Origin: Oscillospiraceae bacterium
GTDB taxonomy: Bacteria > Bacillota > Clostridia > Oscillospirales > Ruminococcaceae
Direction: 5' to 3'
Length of the DNA stretch: 64,000 bases
Assembly: GCA_015067025.1 (NCBI GenBank)
Contig: SVNC01000003.1
Span: 90,383-154,382, forward strand
The notes under the pieces: model-generated
Seen by the model: only the letters and a program-made list of their open reading frames with translations
What the model was told of the DNA's origin: nothing
The model's database searches: none
Made by a program: the position numbers and the translations under genes
Part shown: positions 9,674-18,241 of the stretch, piece after piece
Numbering within the stretch: the stretch's first letter is position 1
Layout of the letters: each line of letters starts with the position of its first letter

Positions 9674-12600
9674 TTATTCAGCTTTTGCTTCTTCGTACTC
9701 ATCAGACAGATTATCTTCCAGCCACTTTGCAAGCATAAGAGGTGTAAGAATGAGATCCATTGTCTGCTGCTCACCGTCGCTTACACTTTCAAGCGCTATC
9801 ATATCACCGTGTTCACGGGTCTCGCTACCGATGATATCATAAGTAAGCTGGCTGCGGTACTTAATAGTACAAAGTAAAAACTCAGGAGGAATAGCTTCGC
9901 ATCTCTGGATTTCTTCAAGCCATATGAAAGGACTCATACCGCCGATGCTGATATCCTCAATAACCCAACCGCTTGCCGCGAAAGAGTCGTTAGCACACAT
10001 ATAAAGAGAGAACTTGAACTTTTCTTCCTTATCGTCCTTGAACAGACCAACTTCAAAGCCCTTTATAACGTAGTTATTGATGATACTTGTTTCGTTGCCG
10101 CAGCAAGAACAGATACCGCCGTAGCCAAAGAGCTTGCCGTTGATATCCTTAGCAAAGTAGTTGCGGTAAATTCTGAGATTAGAAAGACTTCTCAGCGTCT
10201 TGTAATGTTCACGGAGGAACTGAAGCTCGCCCTTTGTAATTGTGGGCAGAGGCTTATAATAATAAGGTATCTGATCAAGAAGTACCTGGTTAGGTTCTTC
10301 TGTGCTGGAGTAGAACTGACTTAGGATATTGTTGTTCTCGCCAACGAGCAGATATTCAAGATACTTAGAGAATTCAGGCTTTGTGCAGTCATCCTTGAGT
10401 ATTACGTACTTTGTGACGTTCTTACGTTCTTCTTCGCTTATCTCATCGTTGATATCAACAATACGGATGATCTTGTTACCCTCGCTGAGAAGTGCTATTC
10501 TCGGAATTTTGAGGTCGCAGATGTAAAGGCTGGGTATTACGGATGAAACCTTTTCATCTGTAAGATCATAACTACGCAAAAGGCTCATAAGAGAAGCCTT
10601 TTCGAAAGAGTAACCTGATTTTGAGAAGGGGAAGTCGAATACACGGCCGTTGAACATACCGCAGTTGATAAGTGCGTATACGTCACCGATGATTTCGAGA
10701 AGGTCAGCGTTTGTGATACTTCCCGGAATCATAAACTGCTTGCCGTAAGCAGCGAAACGGAACTTCTTGTTGATATCAAGCTGTAGCGTGATATCGCAAC
10801 CCTGTTCCTTCATTTCACGCAGGAAGGTCATTGTATCCTTACCCTGTGTGAAGCTGTTTATAAGCATATTGATAACTTCGTTGTAAATCTGGTGATTTTC
10901 AAAGTTATTCTTATGTGCCACGATACAATCGTAAATCTTCTTGAGATTGCCGACTGTCATTCTTGCAACGTCAAAATTATGCTGGATATCACGGTAGCGT
11001 ACGTTAAACTGATAGTAACGCATACCGATCTTATAATCCTGACCGTACATAGCGTCAAACAGTCCAAAGGCACCGATAAGTGCTTCTTCATCCGCTACAG
11101 CGTCATTGATAACATACTTGCCGAGCTTTAAGCTTACGATACTTCTGAAGCCAAAACTGATGCCAAAGTCCTTGATAGCAGGATTTTTTTCACTGTCAAG
11201 AACATATGTGTTATCACCGAAATTGAAGTGGTAGCAGAATTCACTGCCCTCTTCTTCCGTTTCCTCATCAGCCCAGTTGTAAGATGCCATAATAATGTTA
11301 TCAGGAAGATCTGCAACATCCGCCTTCATCTTTGTAAGTTCCTGTTCGATGTACTCTGTAAACGCAGAGCCATCCTCATGCTCTTTCTTTGTAACACCGT
11401 CAGCAGTGGAGAAGAAGCCTATCTCCTTAACCTCCGAATAGGGCATTATAGCCTCTCTGCCCGGTACGAGCAGGGACAGGCTGTTGTGGAACTTGCTCTG
11501 GAGATTACTTGCCATAACACTTGTATTTAAATAGTTGCTGAAGAACTCAAATACATAGTGCTTGGGTCTCATATAATATTTTTCTGAGTTCGTTCTGGGT
11601 AAAAGCTCTAAAACGAAGTATCTTGAATACTTGTCGATCATATATTCAAGGTCACGGCTGATAGAAGCGGAAACCTCTTCTTCACATTCGTGGCGGATAC
11701 CTGTTCTGTGAGTTGTGATATAGGAGTTAGGAACACTGATAAAGAAAGCTGAAAGCTTTTCCTTTATAAAGTCCTCACCCGTTGACTTGATAAGACCCGT
11801 CAGCTCGTAGGTCGAGAAGTAGTTGTACTTATCAAGCAGTACCTTTACAATAGTATCTCGGCGTGCCGCTGATACTGCAAAAGGAATAAGATATACAAAT
11901 CCATCGTTTTCGTGCCAGATGAACTCGATTACGCTCTTACCGTTCTGTAAGAAACGAACTGTAGGATCGTCCTCGGGATTTTTCTGATAACGGATAACCT
12001 TATATACAGCAAGAGGCTTGCCCATCTCCATTACTGCAATGTTGAAGGAACGCTCTCTGTTTTCAGCTTCACCAAATCTGCCGAGCTGTTTCTTTCTGAT
12101 AAAGGCAAAGCAGAATTCTACAAGGTTTATGTATTCGCCCTTGTGGATAGTTAAGTTGATAAGGTTTTCCTTGATCTTATTCTGTTCTTCTTCAGACACC
12201 TTGAATACGATCTCTGTACCCTTAAATACGGGAGCTGTAAGATTAAGCTCACGGATCTTCAGTATACCTGCATCGTTTACGATACGGAAGGTAAAGTTGT
12301 TGGAGCGGAGCTTCATCCACTCAACGTTCATAAATACGCTCTTTGAACCTACACCGAAACGACCTTCTCTTGACTTGTCTCCGTCACTTCTGCCGATACT
12401 TAAATAGTAGAGTATCTGCTCTAACGTAAAGCCGTCTTCGTTGTATGTAATTCTTGTTTCGCCATTCTGTTCAAAGTTGAACAGAACCTTGATATCGGGT
12501 TCAGAATAGTAACAACCAAAGGTATTCTGCATAAGCTCACGCAAAATGGATTCCTTAGGATAGTCACTTACTGAAAGTGAAGCGTTATAGGGGGTACGAC

Positions 12601-12775
12601 CCGAAAAGACCGAGTTGAAGTAATCCTTGAAAGGAGTACTGTCAGCTTCGCCGGTGTAAAGCAGATTCTGCATTTTCATCAGCGTCTGATCCATTGTAGC
12701 ACGGTCTTCATTTGCATGCGCCTGATAAAAGTCGCCTAACAGTCCTGATATTTCTTCGTTGCGAAATGCTTCCAC
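9674..12775 (-). CDS. 1033-aa protein with N-terminal sacsin/Hsp90-like GHKL (Bergerat-fold) ATPase motifs; remaining ~850 aa unassigned, with a Cys-rich C-terminal module
   Basis: Motif I-like ILRELMQN (aa 77-84) resembles the sacsin-type RELIQNADDA box. YNEDGFTLEQILYYLSIGRSDGDK and GRFGVGSKSVF (aa 138-148) resemble the sacsin/HATPase_c_3 GRFGLGF box. The start lies 1 nt after the stop of the upstream SNF2-like gene. No TM segment or signal peptide was seen. Confidence 0.6.
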   Translation of the reverse strand: MEAFRNEEISGLLGDFYQAHANEDRATMDQTLMKMQNLLYTGEADSTPFKDYFNSVFSGRTPYNASLSVSDYPKESILRELMQNTFGCYYSEPDIKVLFNFEQNGETRITYNEDGFTLEQILYYLSIGRSDGDKSREGRFGVGSKSVFMNVEWMKLRSNNFTFRIVNDAGILKIRELNLTAPVFKGTEIVFKVSEEEQNKIKENLINLTIHKGEYINLVEFCFAFIRKKQLGRFGEAENRERSFNIAVMEMGKPLAVYKVIRYQKNPEDDPTVRFLQNGKSVIEFIWHENDGFVYLIPFAVSAARRDTIVKVLLDKYNYFSTYELTGLIKSTGEDFIKEKLSAFFISVPNSYITTHRTGIRHECEEEVSASISRDLEYMIDKYSRYFVLELLPRTNSEKYYMRPKHYVFEFFSNYLNTSVMASNLQSKFHNSLSLLVPGREAIMPYSEVKEIGFFSTADGVTKKEHEDGSAFTEYIEQELTKMKADVADLPDNIIMASYNWADEETEEEGSEFCYHFNFGDNTYVLDSEKNPAIKDFGISFGFRSIVSLKLGKYVINDAVADEEALIGAFGLFDAMYGQDYKIGMRYYQFNVRYRDIQHNFDVARMTVGNLKKIYDCIVAHKNNFENHQIYNEVINMLINSFTQGKDTMTFLREMKEQGCDITLQLDINKKFRFAAYGKQFMIPGSITNADLLEIIGDVYALINCGMFNGRVFDFPFSKSGYSFEKASLMSLLRSYDLTDEKVSSVIPSLYICDLKIPRIALLSEGNKIIRIVDINDEISEEERKNVTKYVILKDDCTKPEFSKYLEYLLVGENNNILSQFYSSTEEPNQVLLDQIPYYYKPLPTITKGELQFLREHYKTLRSLSNLRIYRNYFAKDINGKLFGYGGICSCCGNETSIINNYVIKGFEVGLFKDDKEEKFKFSLYMCANDSFAASGWVIEDISIGGMSPFIWLEEIQRCEAIPPEFLLCTIKYRSQLTYDIIGSETREHGDMIALESVSDGEQQTMDLILTPLMLAKWLEDNLSDEYEEAKAE

Positions 12776-12776
12776 C

Positions 12777-14846
12777 TTACATCACTCCCTCATTATAATT
12801 TTTCATAAACTGCCTGAACGTATCCTGTATGATATATTCATCTGTAAGATAACGCCACGCACCGAGCAGTACGGGCATTCTCATAACGTCATCAAGCTGA
12901 TTTACACATATACGAAGCTCTGCATACTTGTTTTCCGTAAGGAAGTTTGCAAGAGCGTTCTGTGCCATTTTTATGCCGGAGCTGAGTTCTCCCGTTGCTA
13001 CCATAGCCTTATACTGACTGTACTTTGCGTGATTTAAGCAATCCTTAAGCTCATCGCCGCTTACCGTTTCGATCTTGTTATTTTCATCAAGATAAAGAAG
13101 TGCACCTTTGTAGCTGTCTATAACAGGCTTGATAAGAGCCTTTAAGGTCTTTTCATCTGTTGAGTTATCCTTTATCTTATCTTCAATGCCAAAAGCCTTG
13201 TAAATTCTCTGAAGCTTCTTTGAAGTATATTCATGAGCCTTTGCAGCTGTTGAAATGTCAATCTTGGGAATTACATTGAAGTCGCTCTTGAACTGAACTA
13301 TTACGTCGTGGCTGCTTGCGACCTCGCCTGTATATCCGCATACGTACTGAAGATCTCTTATACCGTTTACGATAAGCTGTACTGCGTTAGGTATATCAAA
13401 GAGAACGTTTCTGCCGGGCAGACCCTGAACAAGGCTCTTATAGATCTTGCCGAAGAGGACCTTTGATAACATACGGCTGTCAAACAGTCCGTTTTCATCG
13501 CAGAAAAGAATAAATTCCTTGCTGTTGTCTCCGGGTACACTGTGACGTGCTATTCTCTGTTCAAGCACTACAGGGCTGTTGGGAAGCTCGTAGTTGAAGA
13601 TATGTGTATATGTTTTTGTAGACGGCTTTATCGAACCTACCTTATCAACTGTAAGCACGATCTTTGTATTGTCTACTGCCGCAGTTTCTGTAAACTGGTC
13701 ATACTTTGTGTTGAAGATATCGCCGCGGTCGATCCTGATCGTATTACCGCTGTTGGGGTAAATAGCCGCAAGAATTTTTCTGAGGTATGTAATAGTAGAA
13801 CCTGTTACACAGTATACGACCGCCTTTGAGGAGGAAGAATTCATAACCTCTTCAAGCTTTGTAAGGAAGCAATCAAGCTTCTTATCCACCTCACGAAGCT
13901 CGCCCACATCCGCTAAGTTATATGTGGGCTTTGTATATATCTTCTTCGCTTCAAGACCGTATTCTTCAAAGATATTACCACCGCTCTGGTATAAAGGGAG
14001 TCCCGTCTTGATATCAACAAGCTTTCTTGAATTTGCAATAAAATCTGCAGGGAAAGCATAATCAAGCACTACGACGTTTCTTGCTACGTCACCATTATAC
14101 ACTTCTGCGTCGTAATAGCGCATTACGGGTTCATAAGGATTGAAACGTATCGTCTGCTTGGAGAAAGTAAGGTCATCAACCGCCTTTGACTTTTCCTCAT
14201 CCTTCATAAGTCCCTTTACAAGATTCTTTATATCATCGTAACCGCCCTCATATTCGCAGGGAACAGGGCTGAAAACAACAAGCTTTTCCGTCTTAGATTT
14301 TATGTGATCAAGATAAAGACTGCTGTTTATACCGGCAATGTTAAGACCTGCATCAATAACGATAAGACCCCATACGAGTCCGGACTGTTCAAACTGTGCG
14401 AGTATCGGGTTATCTGCCTTTACAGCATCCTCGGCGATAATGAACATATTCGACATATTCGCATCAAAATTGTTGATGGAACGGGATGCACCTGATATCA
14501 TCTTGAAGTCTACGCCGTCATTTGTAACGATGGATCTGTACCAGTTGTGCATAAGGTGTTTGGGACACACCAAAAGGATGTTCGGTGTACTCTTGCCCTG
14601 AATAGCATCAAGTATCGAAAGCTGAGCCTTCGCCGCCTTTGCCGAGCCGTACTCGTCGAGTACGAGACAGAAACCGAACTGTCTTACCTTTTCATAAAAT
14701 GACTGGTTAATCGTACCTGTATCCTTACCATAGTAGGATATCCATTTGATTTCTTCGGTATTCAAAAAATCACCCTCCAGTTTATATTGAAGCCGATTCG
14801 TAAAAAATGCGGCAAACAACTCATTAACATAACTATTATAATACAT
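12777..14846 (-). CDS. SNF2/SF2 helicase-like protein (689 aa) with degenerate Walker A and DEAH boxes
   Basis: LVLDEYGSAKAAKA stands in place of SNF2 motif I (DEMGLGKT). LLVCPKHLMHNW is motif Ia. LIVIDAGLN stands in place of motif II (DEAH). VVFSPVP stands in place of motif III (TGTP). The C-terminal lobe has KAVVYCVTGSTITYLRKIL and FNYELPNSPVVLEQRIARHSV (motif V/VI-like). No obvious Shine-Dalgarno sequence precedes the ATG at 14846. Confidence 0.6.
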   Translation of the reverse strand: MYYNSYVNELFAAFFTNRLQYKLEGDFLNTEEIKWISYYGKDTGTINQSFYEKVRQFGFCLVLDEYGSAKAAKAQLSILDAIQGKSTPNILLVCPKHLMHNWYRSIVTNDGVDFKMISGASRSINNFDANMSNMFIIAEDAVKADNPILAQFEQSGLVWGLIVIDAGLNIAGINSSLYLDHIKSKTEKLVVFSPVPCEYEGGYDDIKNLVKGLMKDEEKSKAVDDLTFSKQTIRFNPYEPVMRYYDAEVYNGDVARNVVVLDYAFPADFIANSRKLVDIKTGLPLYQSGGNIFEEYGLEAKKIYTKPTYNLADVGELREVDKKLDCFLTKLEEVMNSSSSKAVVYCVTGSTITYLRKILAAIYPNSGNTIRIDRGDIFNTKYDQFTETAAVDNTKIVLTVDKVGSIKPSTKTYTHIFNYELPNSPVVLEQRIARHSVPGDNSKEFILFCDENGLFDSRMLSKVLFGKIYKSLVQGLPGRNVLFDIPNAVQLIVNGIRDLQYVCGYTGEVASSHDVIVQFKSDFNVIPKIDISTAAKAHEYTSKKLQRIYKAFGIEDKIKDNSTDEKTLKALIKPVIDSYKGALLYLDENNKIETVSGDELKDCLNHAKYSQYKAMVATGELSSGIKMAQNALANFLTENKYAELRICVNQLDDVMRMPVLLGAWRYLTDEYIIQDTFRQFMKNYNEGVM

Positions 14847-15027
14847 TTGCGAATTTTTTACAACTGTATTTTTGCATTTTATAAAAATTTGATAAAATTT
14901 CTATATAAAATTCGTAAAATTTGCACTATAATTTTGTTTAACTGTTCAAAACAACTGCTCACTTTCGTCAAAAAATTGATTAATCCGAAAAATTATTTTA
15001 AATTTTTCAAGTTTCTTTCGACCTTAC

Positions 15028-15056
15028 TTGACAAAATCCGCAGAATATAGTATCAT
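15028..15056 (+). promoter_or_regulatory. SigA-type promoter for the deacetylase gene
   Basis: TTGACA (15028-15033), a 17-nt spacer, then TATCAT (15051-15056). Confidence 0.5.
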
Positions 15057-15081
15057 AATAACATATATATCAATGTGAGGA

Positions 15082-16203
15082 GTGGTTTGCTTGTATTTTG
15101 GCAGCGTCAGATTTTTCAAGCATCTGATCCTGACCGTCGTCGCATTGCTGATTATAGTACCCACTATCCTGTGCATTATCCTTTTATGCGATAACAGCAG
15201 CAAGTCTGCAGAAATAGACAGACTTAATTCTATAATAGCAAGCGGAGAATATAAGGACGATGTGTCGGACGATTCTTCAGTGACTGAAAGCTCCGATGAT
15301 AAAAGCTCATCGGAATCTTCAGTGACCGAAGGAGAAACATCCGTATCCTCCGAAAAAGAGCCTGAGACTTCCGCTCCCGAAACCACTACCGAAGAGCCTG
15401 AGACCTCCGCTCCCGAAACGACTACCGAAGAGCCTGAGACCTCCGCTCCCGAAACGACTACCGAAGAGCCTGAGACTTCTACTCCCGAAACAACCACGGA
15501 AGAACCTGAAAGCTCATTACCTGATGAAAACATTGATCTTTCCACCTTGTACGAGGATATGTATGTCGATCGCTATGAAGGTGAATATATAAACGATGAC
15601 AACACGGTCTATCTCACCTTTGACGACGGACCTTCGATACTGACAGAAAACATACTTATGTACTTAAGGCAAGAGGAAGTAAAAGCCACCTTCTTTGTAG
15701 TGCCTGAGGATACCGAATACTGTCGTATTCTTTTAAGAAAGATCGTTGCTGACGGACACACCATCGGCATCCACACTTCTTCTCACGATTATGAGAAGAT
15801 ATACAGCTCTCCGAAGGCGTTTTTAGATGATTTCTACGCCGCTTACAGCCTTGTATATGAGGCTACGGGAGTAAAAGCAGACATCTACCGCTTTGCCGGC
15901 GGAAGTATAAACGACTATAACGAAAACACAAGAGATGAAATTATTGCTGAAATGAGCCGCAGAGGTTTTCAGTACTTTGACTGGAACGTGGACAGCAATG
16001 ACTGGCAGGGATATAACTGGACACAGCTTTACAACAACGTTCTGAAAGATGCCTGCAAATTTTCAACACCTGTTATACTTTTCCACGACACGGGAATGAG
16101 AGAAAATACCGTTCTTGTGCTGGAAGACATAATAAAGGCATTAAAAAACAAAGGATATAAATTCGGCAGTCTTTCACAGAAGACCGAGCCGATACAGTTT
16201 TAA
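15082..16203 (+). CDS. Membrane-anchored polysaccharide deacetylase (NodB homology domain, CE4) with a Thr/Glu/Pro-rich repeat linker
   Basis: 373 aa with an N-terminal TM segment. NodB motifs are present: YLTFDDGPS, HTIGIHTSSHDY, YRFAGGS and ILFHD. The true start may be TTG at 15091, 9 nt after the GAGGAG at 15076-15081, rather than GTG at 15082. Confidence 0.85.
   Translation: MVCLYFGSVRFFKHLILTVVALLIIVPTILCIILLCDNSSKSAEIDRLNSIIASGEYKDDVSDDSSVTESSDDKSSSESSVTEGETSVSSEKEPETSAPETTTEEPETSAPETTTEEPETSAPETTTEEPETSTPETTTEEPESSLPDENIDLSTLYEDMYVDRYEGEYINDDNTVYLTFDDGPSILTENILMYLRQEEVKATFFVVPEDTEYCRILLRKIVADGHTIGIHTSSHDYEKIYSSPKAFLDDFYAAYSLVYEATGVKADIYRFAGGSINDYNENTRDEIIAEMSRRGFQYFDWNVDSNDWQGYNWTQLYNNVLKDACKFSTPVILFHDTGMRENTVLVLEDIIKALKNKGYKFGSLSQKTEPIQF
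15358..15501 (+). repeat. In-frame 36-bp tandem repeat x4 (EPETSAPETTTE) inside the deacetylase gene
   Basis: Units at 15358-15393, 15394-15429, 15430-15465 and 15466-15501 are near-identical, differing only at a few bases. A degenerate fifth unit follows. Confidence 0.95.
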
Positions 16204-16236
16204 AAAGTTTAATCAATAACTGAAAGAGGGATAAAA

Positions 16237-17070
16237 ATGGGACTGAAGGATAATTTTTCACAGGCTTTCAAGGAGCTGACAAATCCTAAGGAGGCTAAGG
16301 ATCAGGGAAAGACTGAAATCAAGGATGTCGCTTCATATATGAACGACACTGAAGAAGAAGCAGTACAGACACAGCCTGTAGAAGAGGCTCAGACTGTTAC
16401 AGAAAAGGAGGAAACACCCGTGGCAGATCAGCAGTTTGCTCAGAATGCACCCCAGCAGGATGCTCCTCAGAGTTATCAGCAAGCTCAGAGTTATCAACAG
16501 ACTCAGAATAACGATAACGCATACAGCAGACAGGGTTATCAGCAGAATGTGGCTCCCGTTGCAGCCAACCCCTTCGGTTATTCCGATAATATGCGTCAGG
16601 ACGTTTCTGAAACTACTATAATTTCCAAAAATACAATTATTGACGGTAACATCCGTTCCTTTGCCGATATGAAGATCGACGGCAGCATCAAGGGCAGCGT
16701 TGAAACCACCAAGAACGTAAGTATAAATGGTAAGGTTGTAGGAAACATCACCTGCGACAATGCAGTTATGAAGTCTTCCTCTGTTCAGGGTAATGTTACT
16801 CTTAAGGGTCAGGCTACAATGACAAGCGAATCAATGCTCATCGGCGATCTGACTTCTCAGGTAGCTACATTAAACGGCAAGATGAAGGGTAACCTCACAG
16901 TAGCAGGTAAAGCTCAACTTGACAGAGACGCTGTTATCTTCGGCGATATCAAGGCAGGTGCAATTTCCATTTCTGATGGTGCTATCGTTCAGGGTTATGT
17001 CAGCACCACTTATCTTTCACAGGATGAAAGCAGTAACATCTTCCCCGAAAGCATTGCAATCGGCGAATAA
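16237..17070 (+). CDS. Bactofilin-family cytoskeletal protein with a Gln/Asn-rich N-terminal region
   Basis: 277 aa. The C-terminal ~150 aa are beta-helical bactofilin-like repeats (IDGNIRSFADMKIDGSIKGSV...INGKVVGNITC...VQGNVTLKG...). The N-terminal half is Q-rich (QQFAQNAPQQDAPQSYQQAQSYQQTQNN). Confidence 0.8.
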   Translation: MGLKDNFSQAFKELTNPKEAKDQGKTEIKDVASYMNDTEEEAVQTQPVEEAQTVTEKEETPVADQQFAQNAPQQDAPQSYQQAQSYQQTQNNDNAYSRQGYQQNVAPVAANPFGYSDNMRQDVSETTIISKNTIIDGNIRSFADMKIDGSIKGSVETTKNVSINGKVVGNITCDNAVMKSSSVQGNVTLKGQATMTSESMLIGDLTSQVATLNGKMKGNLTVAGKAQLDRDAVIFGDIKAGAISISDGAIVQGYVSTTYLSQDESSNIFPESIAIGE

Positions 17071-17145
17071 TCCCATAAATATACCCATATACATTCTCTG
17101 CCCCGCTTAATATCGGGGCAGATTTTAGAATAAGAGAGGTTTTAT

Positions 17146-17748
17146 ATGTCACTCACTCAGCAACAGATAAATGAAAATAAACAGAGATTCATTGAGCTTT
17201 TCAACACCTGCGTAAAAAGAGAAGGTGCTGATAAGATCATCGATTATCTTGTAAATAAAAGCGATTTTTTCACAGCCCCTGCAAGCACGAGATTTCACGG
17301 TGCTTTTGATGGCGGGCTTGCTTTACATTCGCTGAACGTATATGATTGCCTCAAGGACTATCTTGAAAGACAAAGAGTAAAGGAGCAGTACAAGCTCGCT
17401 TACAGTGATGAAAGCATTGTTATATGCTCCCTGCTCCACGATATCTGCAAGGCTAACGTCTACGTCAGAGGCACGAGAAACGTAAAGAATGATCAGGGCG
17501 TATGGGAAACCGTCCCTACATACTTTTTTGAAGATAAGCTCCCCTACGGTCACGGAGAAAAATCCGTATATATGATAACAGGCTTTATGCGACTTACAAG
17601 AGAAGAAGCCTTTGCTATAAGATACCATATGGGCTTTTCAGGAAACGAGGACAGCAACAACGTAGGAAAGGCATTCGAGATGTTCCCTCTTGCTTTTGCT
17701 TTAAGCACAGCGGATATGGAAGCTACGTATTTCGTTGAAAAGGATTAA
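17146..17748 (+). CDS. HD-domain metal-dependent phosphohydrolase
   Basis: 200 aa with the spacing of an HD superfamily protein: FHGAFDGGLALHS, LLHDICK, HGEKS and RYHMG. Confidence 0.7.
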   Translation: MSLTQQQINENKQRFIELFNTCVKREGADKIIDYLVNKSDFFTAPASTRFHGAFDGGLALHSLNVYDCLKDYLERQRVKEQYKLAYSDESIVICSLLHDICKANVYVRGTRNVKNDQGVWETVPTYFFEDKLPYGHGEKSVYMITGFMRLTREEAFAIRYHMGFSGNEDSNNVGKAFEMFPLAFALSTADMEATYFVEKD

Positions 17749-17796
17749 AAAATAAGATAACGGTCAAAAATAGCAGTACGGATTTTAAAAAAGCAG

Positions 17797-17825
17797 TTGA
17801 CAAATCCGTACTGCTGTGTTATAAT
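17797..17825 (+). promoter_or_regulatory. Consensus SigA promoter for ssrA
   Basis: TTGACA (17797-17802), a 17-nt spacer, then TATAAT (17820-17825), about 24 nt upstream of the tmRNA 5' end. The -35 box sits in the loop of a 12-bp inverted repeat (CAGTACGGATTT...AAATCCGTACTG). Confidence 0.6.
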
Positions 17826-17848
17826 TACTATCTTAAAGATATATAAAC

Positions 17849-18200
17849 GGGCCCGTAAAGGTTTCGACGGGGGTAGTGAACCCGACTAAGCACGCAGAGA
17901 TCGCCTTATCTCTTAAAACGGGGCAAACTTTAAAATTAAACGCAGACAATAGATCTGAATTAGCAGCTGCCTAAGCGCACTGCCGTCCTCCTGAGAACCG
18001 CTGCGATCTCAGCTAGGGCGTCGACCAGCAGCCAACGTTTTAAGCAAGAGCCTTGTAGCTTTTAACGCATCAAAAGGCTACCGTATCAGCAATCCTGTTT
18101 GTCGGAGTGCTGTGAGGGAATTTCAAAAGATAAACTAAGCGTGTAGAAAGGTTGGCGGATTTGCTTTCGGACAGGAGTTCGATTCTCCTCGGGTCCACCA
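17849..18200 (+). ncRNA. ssrA: tmRNA (SsrA)
   Basis: 5' GGGCCCGTAAAGGTTTCGACGGGGG and 3' GGACAGGAGTTCGATTCTCCTCGGGTCCACCA form a tRNA-Ala-like acceptor and T-arm with a G-U third pair. The predicted tag ORF is GCA GAC AAT AGA TCT GAA TTA GCA GCT GCC TAA (17942-17974), giving ADNRSELAAA. Confidence 0.9.
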
Positions 18201-18204
18201 AAAA

Positions 18205-18241
18205 AGAAGGGACTTTTGGTAGACAAAAGTTCCTTCTTTTT
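18205..18241 (+). terminator. Rho-independent terminator of ssrA
   Basis: AGAAGGGACTTTTG-GTAGA-CAAAAGTTCCTTCT followed by TTTT. Confidence 0.8.

Noticed and set aside
15024-15545. 173-aa minus-strand ORF with VSGSSVVVSGAEVSG repeats
   Set aside because: It is the mirror image of the 36-bp coding repeat in the deacetylase gene. The plus-strand frame continues into an unmistakable NodB domain, so the antisense ORF is a repeat artefact.
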